In this document: one piece after another, positions 1 through 9,882 of the stretch | Layout: every line of letters starts with the position of its first letter | Position numbering within the stretch: the first letter of the stretch is position 1 | Translations under genes and position numbers: made by a program | The notes under the pieces: model-generated | The model's database searches: none | Seen by the model: only the letters and a program-made list of their open reading frames with translations | Told to the model about the DNA's origin: nothing | Source: an uncultured delta proteobacterium | GTDB lineage: Bacteria > Myxococcota_A > Polyangia > Polyangiales > B10-G4 | Direction: 5' to 3' | Assembly (NCBI GenBank): GCA_963727445.1 | Contig: CAVSGI010000020.1 | Coordinates: 320,001-384,000, forward strand | DNA length: 64,000 nucleotides

Positions 1-1
1 G

Positions 2-1066
2 ATGATCGCGGGTCGCCCGCCCTTCGAGACCGACCACCTGCACACCATCATCACGAAGCACTTGACGGAGACGCCGCCGACCCTCTCTTCCCTGGTTCCT
101 AGCGTCCCCCCGGAGCTGTCGGCGCTGGTCGCCTCGTGTCTGGCGAAGGCGAGGAAGGACCGCCCCGCCTCGGCCGAGGCGCTCGCCGGGGGGCTCTCTC
201 GCGCCATGTCGACGGCGGTCGGATACGCCGCGACCCAGGCCACGCCTCAGCCCTTCGCGGCGCATCCGATCCGCGCGCCGGTCGCGGCGCCCTACGCGCC
301 CAATCAGGGAGCCCCCGAGCTCCCGGCGGCCGCTCCTACCAACACCCTGGCCCAGACCGAGCTCTACCAGGGGCGGCGCGTGGCGGCGCCGAGCCGGCCG
401 TCGCGATCGTGGCTTCCGATCGCGCTGGCGGTCGGGGGGATCGGAGCGCTTCTGGTCTCCGCGGGCGTCGTCTATGCGGGCTTGATGTTCCTCTCGCGCG
501 GGGACACCGAGACGGTGTCGTCTGCGCCCGTCGCGCCCTTTCCCTCACCACCGGAACCTTTGCCGACGTCGGCGCCTTCGCCGGCGCCCGACCCGGAGCC
601 GGCCGCAGAGCCCGCGCCCGACCCGGAGCCGGCCACGGCAGCGGCACCCGCGCCGGAAGGGGTCACGGCTCCGCACGCGGTCCCATCCGAGGAGCCGTCG
701 CCGGAGCACCCGCGTGCACCCGCCGAAGCTCGCGATCCCTCGCGCATGACTCACGGGTCCACGGACGATCCGACGCCGGCGCGTGCGAGCCGCTTCTATC
801 TGGAGACCGACCCGCCCGGCGCCCGTGTCATCGACGACAGCGTACGATTGCCGGGTGCGACGCCGATGTCGATCGAGGTCAGTGAGCCGCGCCACATCAC
901 GATCGCCCTGAATGGGTACAACTCGGAGGACCTGCGCATCGTGCCGGGTGGACGGGCGCGGGTCCGTCTGACGCCGGAGCACGGCACGGCTCCAGCGCCC
1001 CCTCCGCCTCCGCCGGAGGAGGGGCCGGGGCTCAACATGCGTCTCCGCGGCTGGGATCAGAACTAG
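2..1066 (+). CDS. Ser/Thr protein kinase, C-terminal part (kinase C-lobe end, TM, Pro-rich linker, PEGA-like domain); 5' truncated by window
   Basis: AGRPPF...CLAKARKDRP kinase subdomain IX-XI; TM LPIALAVGGIGALLV; ETDPPGARV...GATP...GY PEGA pattern. Confidence 0.85.
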   Translation: MIAGRPPFETDHLHTIITKHLTETPPTLSSLVPSVPPELSALVASCLAKARKDRPASAEALAGGLSRAMSTAVGYAATQATPQPFAAHPIRAPVAAPYAPNQGAPELPAAAPTNTLAQTELYQGRRVAAPSRPSRSWLPIALAVGGIGALLVSAGVVYAGLMFLSRGDTETVSSAPVAPFPSPPEPLPTSAPSPAPDPEPAAEPAPDPEPATAAAPAPEGVTAPHAVPSEEPSPEHPRAPAEARDPSRMTHGSTDDPTPARASRFYLETDPPGARVIDDSVRLPGATPMSIEVSEPRHITIALNGYNSEDLRIVPGGRARVRLTPEHGTAPAPPPPPPEEGPGLNMRLRGWDQN

Positions 1067-1121
1067 CCCCTGCATGAGTCGGGTTGTCTGTGGCCCCCAA
1101 CGGTTGGTAAAGGAGGGGGCG

Positions 1122-2084
1122 ATGGGGGAGATCTGCAAGGCAATGCTCCTGGCGGCGTTGCTCCTCGCCGCCGCCCGACCCACGTGGGCGCAGGAAGCCG
1201 ATCCGGAGCGCGAGGCGGAGGCGCGTGCGCACTTCGATCGCGGCAGCGCCCTCTACGACCAGGGTCTCTTTCAGGAAGCGGCGGGCGAGTTCGAGGCGGC
1301 CTACGCCATCTCGCCGCGGCCGGTGATCCTCTACAACCTCGGCACCGCGTACGAGGGCGCCCTCGAGATGGACAAGGCCGCCGACGCCTACCAGCGCTAC
1401 GTGGACACATCCGACCCGCCCGACGAGGCGCAGGTGCGCGCGCGCATCGAGCGGCTGAGGCAGCTGGCGGGGAATACGGGAGCGGGAGCGGGAACGGGAA
1501 CGGGAACGGGAGCGGGAGCGGGAGCGGGAACGGGAGCGGGAACGGGAACGGGAGCGGGAGCGGGAGCGGGAGCGGGAGCGGGCACGGGAGCGGGAGCGGG
1601 CACGGGAGCGGGAACGGGCGCGGGCACGGGCACGGGCACGGGAGGGGGCATGGGAGCGAACGGCGGAATGGTGCCGACCTACGCCACGCCCACCAACTCC
1701 GCGCCGCCCGCGACGCAGTCCAGCGGCGGCAGCGGGCTCGGGGTCGCGGCAGCGATCCTCGGGGGCGCGGCGATCATCGCGTCGGGGATCGGGATCGGCG
1801 CCGGCGTCGCCGCGCTCGGCGACAAGCGCACCCTCGACGACAACTGTCCCAGTGGTCGCTGTCCGGTGACCATCGGGGACGAGGCGGCGCAGGACGTGAT
1901 CGATCGCGCCGGCTCCCTCGCCACTCTCTCCACCGTGCTGGGCGTGGCGGGCGCGCTGGCCGGGGCGACCGCGGTGGTGCTCGCGATCATCGCCGCCGCG
2001 AACGGGGGTGACGACCCGCCCGTGGCGTTCGCACCCTGGCTTTCCCCCCGAGGAGGTGGCGTCGCCGCGGGAGGGGTGTTCTGA
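1122..2084 (+). CDS. Secreted TPR protein with Gly-Ala/Gly-Thr repeat linker and hydrophobic C-terminal domain
   Basis: SD-like AAGGAGG before ATG 1122; signal peptide; TPR helices (AHFDRGSALY..EAAGEFEAAY, LYNLG); ends GGVF. Confidence 0.8.
   Translation: MGEICKAMLLAALLLAAARPTWAQEADPEREAEARAHFDRGSALYDQGLFQEAAGEFEAAYAISPRPVILYNLGTAYEGALEMDKAADAYQRYVDTSDPPDEAQVRARIERLRQLAGNTGAGAGTGTGTGAGAGAGTGAGTGTGAGAGAGAGAGTGAGAGTGAGTGAGTGTGTGGGMGANGGMVPTYATPTNSAPPATQSSGGSGLGVAAAILGGAAIIASGIGIGAGVAALGDKRTLDDNCPSGRCPVTIGDEAAQDVIDRAGSLATLSTVLGVAGALAGATAVVLAIIAAANGGDDPPVAFAPWLSPRGGGVAAGGVF
1476..1643 (+). repeat. Hexanucleotide tandem repeat (GCGGGA/ACGGGA/ACGGGC) encoding (GA/GT)n
   Basis: About 28 consecutive 6-nt units visible directly. 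Confidence 0.95.
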
Positions 2085-2749
2085 TGCGGTCCCTCGCTCT
2101 CGTCCTCGTCCTGGTCGGCGCCGGCTGCACCGCCATCGTGGACGCGGGAAGCTACAGCGTGGGCGGCGGCACCTGCGACTCGGTGAGCGGCAGCGGCTGC
2201 GACACCGGTCAAGCCTGCTTCACCCGGATCGCCACCGGCGACGCGATGTGCATCGACGAAGGGACGCGGTCGAGTGGGAGGGTCTGCACCGGGATGGGAC
2301 AGTGCGTCAGCGGCGCCACCTGCATCTTCTTCACGCCCGACCGGGGCTTGTGCACCGACTACTGCCGCACCGACGGCGACTGCAGTGACATCCCCGGCAG
2401 CATCGGCTGCAATCTGAACAGCGACACGGGCATCGGCTCCTGCTTTCAAGGTTGTGATCCCTCTGACGCCGCCTCGTGCGGTGCGGGCGTGGCCTGCTTC
2501 GCGATGGGCACCGCGGGCGCCTGCGTCGCCACCGGTCCGAACGGGCTCGATGACCCTTGCGGCTTCAGCTACGACGACGCCTGTCAGCAGGGCTTCGTGT
2601 GTCTGATGAACACCGAGGGCGCGAACGCCTGCTTCGCGCAGTGCGGTCCCGGTCTTCCCGACTGCCCGAGCGGACAGACCTGCACCTTCGCCCTCGGCTC
2701 CGAGATCCGTCCCGCCGAGGCGGGCGAGTGGGGCGCCTGCTCCACCTGA
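2084..2749 (+). CDS. Cys-rich lipoprotein
   Basis: Lipobox GAGC; repeated Cys modules; TGATG overlap with upstream gene. Confidence 0.8.
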   Translation: MRSLALVLVLVGAGCTAIVDAGSYSVGGGTCDSVSGSGCDTGQACFTRIATGDAMCIDEGTRSSGRVCTGMGQCVSGATCIFFTPDRGLCTDYCRTDGDCSDIPGSIGCNLNSDTGIGSCFQGCDPSDAASCGAGVACFAMGTAGACVATGPNGLDDPCGFSYDDACQQGFVCLMNTEGANACFAQCGPGLPDCPSGQTCTFALGSEIRPAEAGEWGACST

Positions 2750-2858
2750 AGCCGCGCCGGCCTCACCCGGCGAGTGTCGCGTTTGGTTTCCGGAATGTCG
2801 CCCGAGGGGAGCGAGCATATGCGCCTCGCTCAGCCCCTGCTAGGCTCCCGCCCTCCCC

Positions 2859-4325
2859 ATGCGTGCTTCGATTGTGTTGGTCGCCGCCCTCTCCTGGGCT
2901 GGCTGTGGTGATGACGGCTCGGGCGGTGATGCCGACGCGGCGCCGGTGGACTCGGGGGTGGCGATGGACTCCTCGGTGGACACCGCGCTGCCCGACACGG
3001 GCCCGCCCTATCCCCGCGAGCTCCCGCCGTCGAGCGAGCTCGGCGCCGATCGCCGTGGATTGACGCTCGCCCGTACGATCATCCATCTGCATTCGCCGCT
3101 CTCGCACGACGCATGCGACGACCAGGCCTCGCTCGAGGAAGCCACGGGGCCCGAGTCGATGGACTGCCTCATGCATCTGCGCGATGCCTTCTGCACCGTT
3201 CGCCTCGACGTGGCGATGCTCACCGATCACTCGCCCTATGTGAACCAGGTCGCCTTCGAGGACATGCTCCTCATGCAGCCGGGAGACGAGCCGGTCATGG
3301 ATGACACCGGCGCGGTCGTGGCGAGCAAGATCACCTGCCCGGACGACGGTCACCAGGTGTTGATCACCGCGGGCTCGGAGAACGCGCTCATGCCCGTAGG
3401 CCTTCACCATCACCCGGCCGAGGGCGACGCGGACGCCATCGGCATGGCCTATGACGCGCGGAGCGCCGACGCGGTCCTCGCCTTCCAGGCTGCCGGCGCC
3501 CTGGTGATCCAAAACCACCCCGAGGACTACATGGTGGCCGAGCTCGAGGAGGTGGGCCTCGACGGGGTCGAGATCTTCAACCTCCACGCGAGCCTCGACC
3601 CGCGCAAGCGCGCACTGCTCGAGATCGACGACTCCGCGTACCTCGCCGACCTCTTCGACTACCTCGACCGACGCTCCCACCCCGCGCCGGATCTCCTGTG
3701 GATGACCTTCTTCGAAACCAGCCCGGCGTACGCGCGGCGCTGGGACACGATGATCGCGGACGGCCAACGCGTGGTCGGCGTGGCGGGGACCGACGCGCAC
3801 GAGAATTCCTTCCCGGATCTCATGAGCGACGGAGAGCGGATCGACGGCTACCGTCGGATGATGCGTTGGTTCAGCAACCACCTGCTCATCGACGGCGCGC
3901 CCACGCCGGACTCGGTGCACGAGGCGCTGGCCGCGGGGCGTCTCTACGTCGCCTACGAGGCCTACGGCAGCCCCGTGGGCTTCGACTTCTACGCCGAGAT
4001 GGATGGAACGACCTACGAGATGGGCGAGGAGGCGCCCGTCGGGGCGACGCTGCACGTGACGCGCCCGTCGCTGCCCGCGGACTTCCCGCAGGACCCGGCG
4101 CCCACCATCACCGTGCGGATCCTCCAGTCCGACCCGGAGGGCGCGGTCGAGGTGGCGTCGTCGGGTGACGCGGAGCTCACTTACGTGATCACCGAGGCCG
4201 GCAGCTATCGCGCCGAGGTGCTCATCCTGCCCGAGCACACGCGGCCCTTCTTGGACGGGAAAGACTCGCTGGTGAAGGAGCGACCGTGGGTGCAGTCGAA
4301 CCACGTCCACGCCGTCGCCCCCTGA
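2859..4325 (+). CDS. PHP-fold metallohydrolase lipoprotein (CehA/McbA-like)
   Basis: Lipobox WAGC; HLHS, TDH, NHP, EIFN, GTDAH motifs. Confidence 0.8.
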   Translation: MRASIVLVAALSWAGCGDDGSGGDADAAPVDSGVAMDSSVDTALPDTGPPYPRELPPSSELGADRRGLTLARTIIHLHSPLSHDACDDQASLEEATGPESMDCLMHLRDAFCTVRLDVAMLTDHSPYVNQVAFEDMLLMQPGDEPVMDDTGAVVASKITCPDDGHQVLITAGSENALMPVGLHHHPAEGDADAIGMAYDARSADAVLAFQAAGALVIQNHPEDYMVAELEEVGLDGVEIFNLHASLDPRKRALLEIDDSAYLADLFDYLDRRSHPAPDLLWMTFFETSPAYARRWDTMIADGQRVVGVAGTDAHENSFPDLMSDGERIDGYRRMMRWFSNHLLIDGAPTPDSVHEALAAGRLYVAYEAYGSPVGFDFYAEMDGTTYEMGEEAPVGATLHVTRPSLPADFPQDPAPTITVRILQSDPEGAVEVASSGDAELTYVITEAGSYRAEVLILPEHTRPFLDGKDSLVKERPWVQSNHVHAVAP

Positions 4326-4366
4326 GGGCCTTCTCCTCCCCGCGGTTGTGACGATATAGTCGCCCG

Positions 4367-5590
4367 ATGGGGAATCGGAATCTCACCAGCGGCCTGGTCG
4401 GTGTCTCTCTGATCGTGGCGCTCGGTGCTGGGTGTGGGACCGGCGGTGAGCCCGGGACGCCTTCGGGCGGCATCGAGCTGACCGACAACGTCGGCAGCGG
4501 CAAGTACGATGTCATCGCGGGTCGTCGCGTCCTGCCGGAGATCACCGAGACGGTCTATCTCGACGGAAACGCGTACGACGGCCGCTTCGTCGTCTCCGAC
4601 GTGACCAATCAGACCCTGGTCGTCACCGGCCCGGTGGTCGCGTTCGGTCCACAGAGCGACGGCATCCAAGCGACGGTGACCAGCGGCTTGTTCACCGTGC
4701 GTCGCTTCCTGCTCATGTCTCGCCCCGACCCGTCGGCCGAGTGGGAGCCCGTCGTCATCGAAGCCAGCGCCATCTACGAGCGCGAGTCCTCGGAGACGGC
4801 CGACCCGACGGATGTCGACCTGACCATCAGCTACTTCCAGACCGTTTCGCTCCGCCTCTTCGAGCAGGAGATCACCTTCTCCTCCGACGAGGTGGTAGGC
4901 CAGGTCACTGCGCACCTGCCGGTCGCCAGTCCGACCACGGCGGAATTCGGCGTGTTCGTGATCACCGTCGACTCGACGTGGTTCGATCTCGACGGCGACT
5001 ACGACATGCACGTCACCGGTAGCTGCAACGGCGACGTCTGTGCGCCCCCGGGCAACACGCCGGTAGAGCCGCCGATGCCGGCCGACATCTACGCTGACGC
5101 CCGCAACCCGGACCTCGCCCAGATCGTGATCATGGCGCCCGGGCCCGAGGACTACGTGCGTCCGGACCCACAGAACGACATGAATCTGGGCGGCACCGAG
5201 TTCTGGCAGCAGTGGCCCGAAGGCCACAGCCCGACCTTCAGCTTCTACGAGGGGACGGAGCAGGGCCGGCGCTGCATGCAGGCCTCGGCGATCCGGTGGG
5301 AGACCATCATGGCCGATCCCCCGCCCACGCTGGACGGGCTCCTGCACACCAGCAACTGGACCGGATCCTGGTTCAACTGGAACGACGACTATACCGAGGC
5401 GAGCTCACTCGACGCCACCGGCGCACGTCTATGGGCCTGGCGCACTGGGCTCCTCAAGTGGATCAGCCAGACCGGTCAGGACGGCACCTGCTACCTGCCG
5501 ACGCGGGCGATGGTGGAGGCCTTCGCCGACACCTGCGCGGCGCGCGCCGAGATCAACGACGGCGAGATCCAGGGCTGTAGCGCACGCTGA
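4367..5590 (+). CDS. Hypothetical lipoprotein with Trp/Cys-rich C-terminal domain
   Basis: Lipobox GAGC; high-GC3 codon usage; GKYD motif after the lipobox. Confidence 0.75.
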   Translation: MGNRNLTSGLVGVSLIVALGAGCGTGGEPGTPSGGIELTDNVGSGKYDVIAGRRVLPEITETVYLDGNAYDGRFVVSDVTNQTLVVTGPVVAFGPQSDGIQATVTSGLFTVRRFLLMSRPDPSAEWEPVVIEASAIYERESSETADPTDVDLTISYFQTVSLRLFEQEITFSSDEVVGQVTAHLPVASPTTAEFGVFVITVDSTWFDLDGDYDMHVTGSCNGDVCAPPGNTPVEPPMPADIYADARNPDLAQIVIMAPGPEDYVRPDPQNDMNLGGTEFWQQWPEGHSPTFSFYEGTEQGRRCMQASAIRWETIMADPPPTLDGLLHTSNWTGSWFNWNDDYTEASSLDATGARLWAWRTGLLKWISQTGQDGTCYLPTRAMVEAFADTCAARAEINDGEIQGCSAR

Positions 5591-5594
5591 GCCC

Positions 5595-6023
5595 ATGAGC
5601 ATCTGGCGAGAGCGGCCGACCCTCGACGAGATGAACGCTGTGGAGGAGGGGACCCTCACCTCGCACCTCGGGATCCGTTTCGTCGAGATGGGCGAGGACT
5701 ACCTGGTGGCCACGATGCCGGTGGACGCGCGGACCAAGCAGCCGCGGGGCCGGCTCCACGGAGGTGCATCGGCGGTCCTGGCCGAGACGATCGGGAGCGC
5801 GGGGTCGAGCCGCATCATCGGGATCGAACGCGGGATGATCGCGGGCATCCACGTCGAGGCGACGCACGTGCGCGGCGCGCGCGAGGGAGAGGTGCGGGGG
5901 ATCGGCCGGCCGCTTCACATCGGGCGGACGATGCACGTCTGGGACGTGCGCATCGAGAACGAAGAAGGAGAGCTCGTGAGCACCGCCAAGCTCACGGTGC
6001 TGGTGCGCGAGCGCGAAGCCTGA
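5595..6023 (+). CDS. Hotdog-fold acyl-CoA thioesterase (PaaI/MenI-YdiI family)
   Basis: TKQPRGRLHGGASAVLAET motif; 142 aa. Confidence 0.9.
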   Translation: MSIWRERPTLDEMNAVEEGTLTSHLGIRFVEMGEDYLVATMPVDARTKQPRGRLHGGASAVLAETIGSAGSSRIIGIERGMIAGIHVEATHVRGAREGEVRGIGRPLHIGRTMHVWDVRIENEEGELVSTAKLTVLVREREA

Positions 6024-6033
6024 GCTGACTCGT

Positions 6034-6531
6034 TCAGCCGCAGGTGCCTGGGCTGTCGGCGGCGTCGCACATCGCGCCGCAGGGACAGATGACGGCTCCG
6101 GTGCAGGTCATGCCCGAGGGGCAGTCACGGTCGGCCCAGCACTCGCCGTCGGCGGGCGGCGCCTTGCAGACGCCGTCGCCCATGGTGCGGCACTCGGCGC
6201 CGTAACAGGTCGCCTCGCCCGCGCAGTCGGCGTCGTCGAGGCAGCAGCCGTCCTGGGCGCCGACGAAGCAGGTGTCGTCGGCGGCGACGCAGAAGCCGTC
6301 GCCCGAGCTCGCTTCGCGGCAGACGAGCTCGCCGCAGCAGGTGTCGCCCGTGTTGCAGCGCGCGCTCTCCATGAGGCAGCCGGCGTCGCCGCCTCCACCA
6401 CCATCGGTCGCGCCATCGGTCGCGCCGTCGCTCGATGCCGCATCCGCGGATGCATCGGGGGTGGGGGCGCCGTCGTCGCCGCAGCCGAGGGCGAGCGCGA
6501 GGAGGGCGATGAGGAGGAAGGTGCGTGGCAT
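6034..6531 (-). CDS. Small Cys-rich lipoprotein
   Basis: Lipobox ALGC-GDD; Cys-rich C-terminus. Confidence 0.8.
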   Translation of the reverse strand: MPRTFLLIALLALALGCGDDGAPTPDASADAASSDGATDGATDGGGGGDAGCLMESARCNTGDTCCGELVCREASSGDGFCVAADDTCFVGAQDGCCLDDADCAGEATCYGAECRTMGDGVCKAPPADGECWADRDCPSGMTCTGAVICPCGAMCDAADSPGTCG

Positions 6532-6618
6532 CGCGCCATCTTATCCCTCGCGGCAGAGGCCGGCACACTCCGACACGCCTGTCTCGACGGGATCACGCGA
6601 CTTTCCTGGCGTCGACGC

Positions 6619-6634
6619 TGGCCCACTTTCTGCT
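6619..6634 (+). promoter_or_regulatory. Putative sigma54 -24/-12 promoter
   Basis: TGGCCCACTTTCTGCT (GG-N10-GC), 13 nt upstream of ATG 6648. Confidence 0.5.
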
Positions 6635-6647
6635 GATGCGCTGCGCC

Positions 6648-8121
6648 ATGTCCAAGCTTGCCCCGCCCCACGCGGCCAAGACCTTCTCCAGCCCGGCCCT
6701 CGCCGCCCTCGTCCGAAAGAACCTCCGCGCCAATCTCGGGCGCTACTTGCGACGCATCGCGCAGGCCTCGGTCGCGGCCGCCGCCCTGAGCGCTTGCGGC
6801 ACCTCGCACACCACGCTCCCGGACGGCGGCAGCGACGCCTCGCCCGACACCTGGGTGACGATGTCGGACGCGACCCCGGATACGATCTCGCCTCCAGACA
6901 CCAGCATCCCCCCAGACACGGGCATCCCACCGGTGCCTCCTTTCTGCGATGCGACTGGCGTTTGGGACGCGCTCAGCGCGATCGATCCCGACGTCGAGTA
7001 CGTGGCGCTCCTCCGCGAGCAGATGGACGGCTTCGGGCCGGGCTACTTCTACGTGGACCAGACGCGCGGCGAGCCCTGCGCCACGGCGACCGAGCCGGAC
7101 GCGTGCCGCGCCGAGCTGACGCGCCTCTCGACGGAGACGCTCTCGCGCGGGATCATCTACACCAACTTTGACGGCGCCTTCGTCGCCACCACGCCCGATC
7201 AGGTCATCGAGCTCATGGGCTTCGAGGTCGACACGGCGAACAAGGCGGCGCTCCTCACGTACATGGCGGGCTACGAGATCCACTGCGCCGGGCCCGAGGT
7301 CACGACCATCACCGAGCGGGACGAGAGGCTGGGACGTCACGGCCTACCGCTACTACGCGATGGAGTGCGACATCGCCTACAACCGCGCGCCGGTTTTCGT
7401 CGATCGCGTCGAGGGGACGGTCACGCCGACCGGGCCCGAGGAGTACGTGGGCATCATCGAGACCGTGTGCGCCATCGGCCGCCGTCCGGCCGGTCTCGCT
7501 GCGCGGGCGCCCGCGGAACAGCTCGGCCCCATCGCGGACTTCTTCGCCGAGGTCGCGCGCCTCGAAGAGAGCGCGGTGGCGGCCTTCGACGTCATGATCG
7601 ACGAGCTCGCGGCGCTCGGGGCGCCGGACTTTCTGCTCGAGGCGGCCTGCGCCGCGCGGCAGGACGAGGTCGAGCACACCGAGTCCATGGGCGCCATCGC
7701 CCGCACCTTCGGCGCCGCGCCGCGGCGGCCGGAGATCGCCACGCCGGCCGCGCGCACGCCCTACGAGATCGCACTCGAGAACGCGGTCGAGGGTTGCGTG
7801 CGCGAGACCTACGGCGCGCTGGTGGCAACGCACCAGTCGTTCGCCGCCGAAGATCCGCGCATCGCTTTGGCGATGCGGAAGGTGGCCGAGGACGAGGTGC
7901 GCCACGCCGAGCTCTCGTGGGCGGTCGCGGCCTGGCTCGAGCCACAGCTCAGCGCTGAGGAGCGCGCCGAGATCGACGCTGCGAAGCGCGCGGCCGTCGA
8001 CGAGCTCCTCTCCGCCGCCAACGCGCCCGTTCACCCCGCGCTGGTGAAGCACGCCGGGATGCCCGATCCCGCCACGAACGCCCGCCTCATGTCGCAGCTC
8101 GCGGGCGACATCTGGGCCTGA
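6648..8121 (+). CDS. Lipoprotein with C-terminal ferritin-like diiron domain; split by +1 indel near 7327
   Basis: LSAC lipobox; GAC GAG A GGC TGG joins the two ORFs; GRRP, LEESAVAAF, DEVEH, EGCVRET, DEVRH. Confidence 0.8.
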
Positions 8122-8124
8122 GGC

Positions 8125-8967
8125 TCAGGTCGTCGCTTCCCACAGGGCTTCGAGCTCGTCCTCGCCGAGGGCGAGCGAGAGGGCGTCGAGGTCCTGACGC
8201 ATGTGGATCGGGCTGCTCGTCCCCGTGAGCGGCAGGATCCCGAGCGAGCAGGTGAAGCGGAAGATCACCTCCGGGACGGTGCGCCGGTGGGCGTCGGCGA
8301 TGCGCTCCACGACGGGATTCGCGAGAACCTGGCGGTTCGCCGTCAGGAGCGAGAAGCCCTGGTAGACGACGCCCTCCCGCGCGCAGATGGCGCGGACGTC
8401 GGCGTCCCAACCGTCGACGGCGTAGCAGCGATTCTGCACGTAGGTGGGCTTCACCTCGGCGCTCTCGAGGAGCGCTTCGAGCTGCCCCAGGCCGACGTTG
8501 CTGATACCGATGACCCGGGTGCCGCCCTCGCGCTGAATCGCTTCGAGCGCACGCCACGCTTCATGATCCTCGGGCGCGAGGCCCTCGACGTGCATCGGGC
8601 CGTGAAGGACGAGGCTGTCGAGGTAGGTGACGCCGAGGTGAGCCAGAGAGCGATCGAAGGACTGGCGGACCTGATCGGCGACGGGCGCCGAGGGGTCGTA
8701 GGGCAGGCGATGGTCCTGGCCGCGGACGTAGGTGAACTTCGTCTGGAGGAAGAGCTCCTCGCGGCGGAGCGACCCGCCGTCGAAGGCTGCCCGCAGCGCT
8801 TCGCCCACGCCGGCCTCGTGGTAGTGCCTCCGCTGGTTGGCGGTGTCGATGGCGCGAAAGCCCGCCTCGAGCGCCTGGGTGACGAGGGAGGCCGTCGCGT
8901 CCTCCTTCCAGGCGGTGCCGTAGATGAAGCGCGGGGGTTGCGTGGCGGGCTCGGCGATTACTTTCAT
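8125..8967 (-). CDS. Aldo/keto reductase
   Basis: YGTAW, GFRAIDTA, LFLQTK, YLDSLVLH, IGISN. Confidence 0.9.
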   Translation of the reverse strand: MKVIAEPATQPPRFIYGTAWKEDATASLVTQALEAGFRAIDTANQRRHYHEAGVGEALRAAFDGGSLRREELFLQTKFTYVRGQDHRLPYDPSAPVADQVRQSFDRSLAHLGVTYLDSLVLHGPMHVEGLAPEDHEAWRALEAIQREGGTRVIGISNVGLGQLEALLESAEVKPTYVQNRCYAVDGWDADVRAICAREGVVYQGFSLLTANRQVLANPVVERIADAHRRTVPEVIFRFTCSLGILPLTGTSSPIHMRQDLDALSLALGEDELEALWEATT

Positions 8968-8997
8968 CGGGGGCGCATCATCGCCCGAGGAGGGCGT

Positions 8998-9882
8998 GTG
9001 AGCGAGGACTTGCTGGGACGCTACACCATCGACGAGCCGTCGTTGCTTCGGCAGCTGGCGATGGACTCCTTCGCCGCGCTCCCGGCAGGCCACCCCATGA
9101 CGGCGTTCTTGGAGCTCGACGTCACCGCGCCCCTCGAAGCGATCGAGGTCCTCCGCGCTTCGGGCGTCCAGATCTCGCTCTTTTCTCACGTGGTCCGCTG
9201 CATCGCCGTCGCCCTCGACGAGCACCCCGACCTCAACGCCGTCCGTCATGGCCAGCGCCGGATCGCGTACTTCGAGGACGTCGACGTGAGCATTCCGGTC
9301 GAGATGGAGACGGGAGACGGTCGTTACCCGCTTCAGCTCGTCGTGCGGCGCGCGCAGGACAAGACCGCCGTCCAGATCTACGAAGAGGTCGCGGCGTCGA
9401 AGGCCCGCTACGCCGCCGAGGGCGCCCTCGGCAAGGAAGACCGCTGGGTCCGCACGGTGCTGCGATTCAGCCAGCTCGTGCCGAGGCGCCTCCGCATCTT
9501 CCTCGTTCGGCGCATGATCGCCAACGCCAAGCTGGTGAAGCGCCGGGCCGGCACCACGCTGGTGACGTCGGTCGGGAAGTTCGCGTCCATCCCGGGATTC
9601 GTGACGCCGCTGCCCGCCGGTCCGCGCGCCGTGAATTTCGCCATCGGCAGCGTCGTCGAAAAGCCCGTCGTGCGAGATGGCGAGGTCGTGGTGCGCTCGG
9701 TGCTGGCGCTCACGGTGATCTTCGACCACGACCTCGTCGACGGCGGCCCGGCCGCGCGCTTTGCGAAGCGCCTTCAGGTGTTGGTGGAGGGCGACGAGGA
9801 GCTGCGCGCCGCTGGTGAGCCGGGCGCGGGCGAAGGGGTGGGCGCGAAGGCTATCGATTCGGGCTCTTCGGATTCTCGATGA
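8998..9882 (+). CDS. 2-oxoacid dehydrogenase E2-type acyltransferase, catalytic domain only
   Basis: FDHDLVDGGPAARF (DHxxxDG); HPDLNA; SD GAGGAGG before GTG; no lipoyl domain. Confidence 0.85.
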   Translation: MSEDLLGRYTIDEPSLLRQLAMDSFAALPAGHPMTAFLELDVTAPLEAIEVLRASGVQISLFSHVVRCIAVALDEHPDLNAVRHGQRRIAYFEDVDVSIPVEMETGDGRYPLQLVVRRAQDKTAVQIYEEVAASKARYAAEGALGKEDRWVRTVLRFSQLVPRRLRIFLVRRMIANAKLVKRRAGTTLVTSVGKFASIPGFVTPLPAGPRAVNFAIGSVVEKPVVRDGEVVVRSVLALTVIFDHDLVDGGPAARFAKRLQVLVEGDEELRAAGEPGAGEGVGAKAIDSGSSDSR

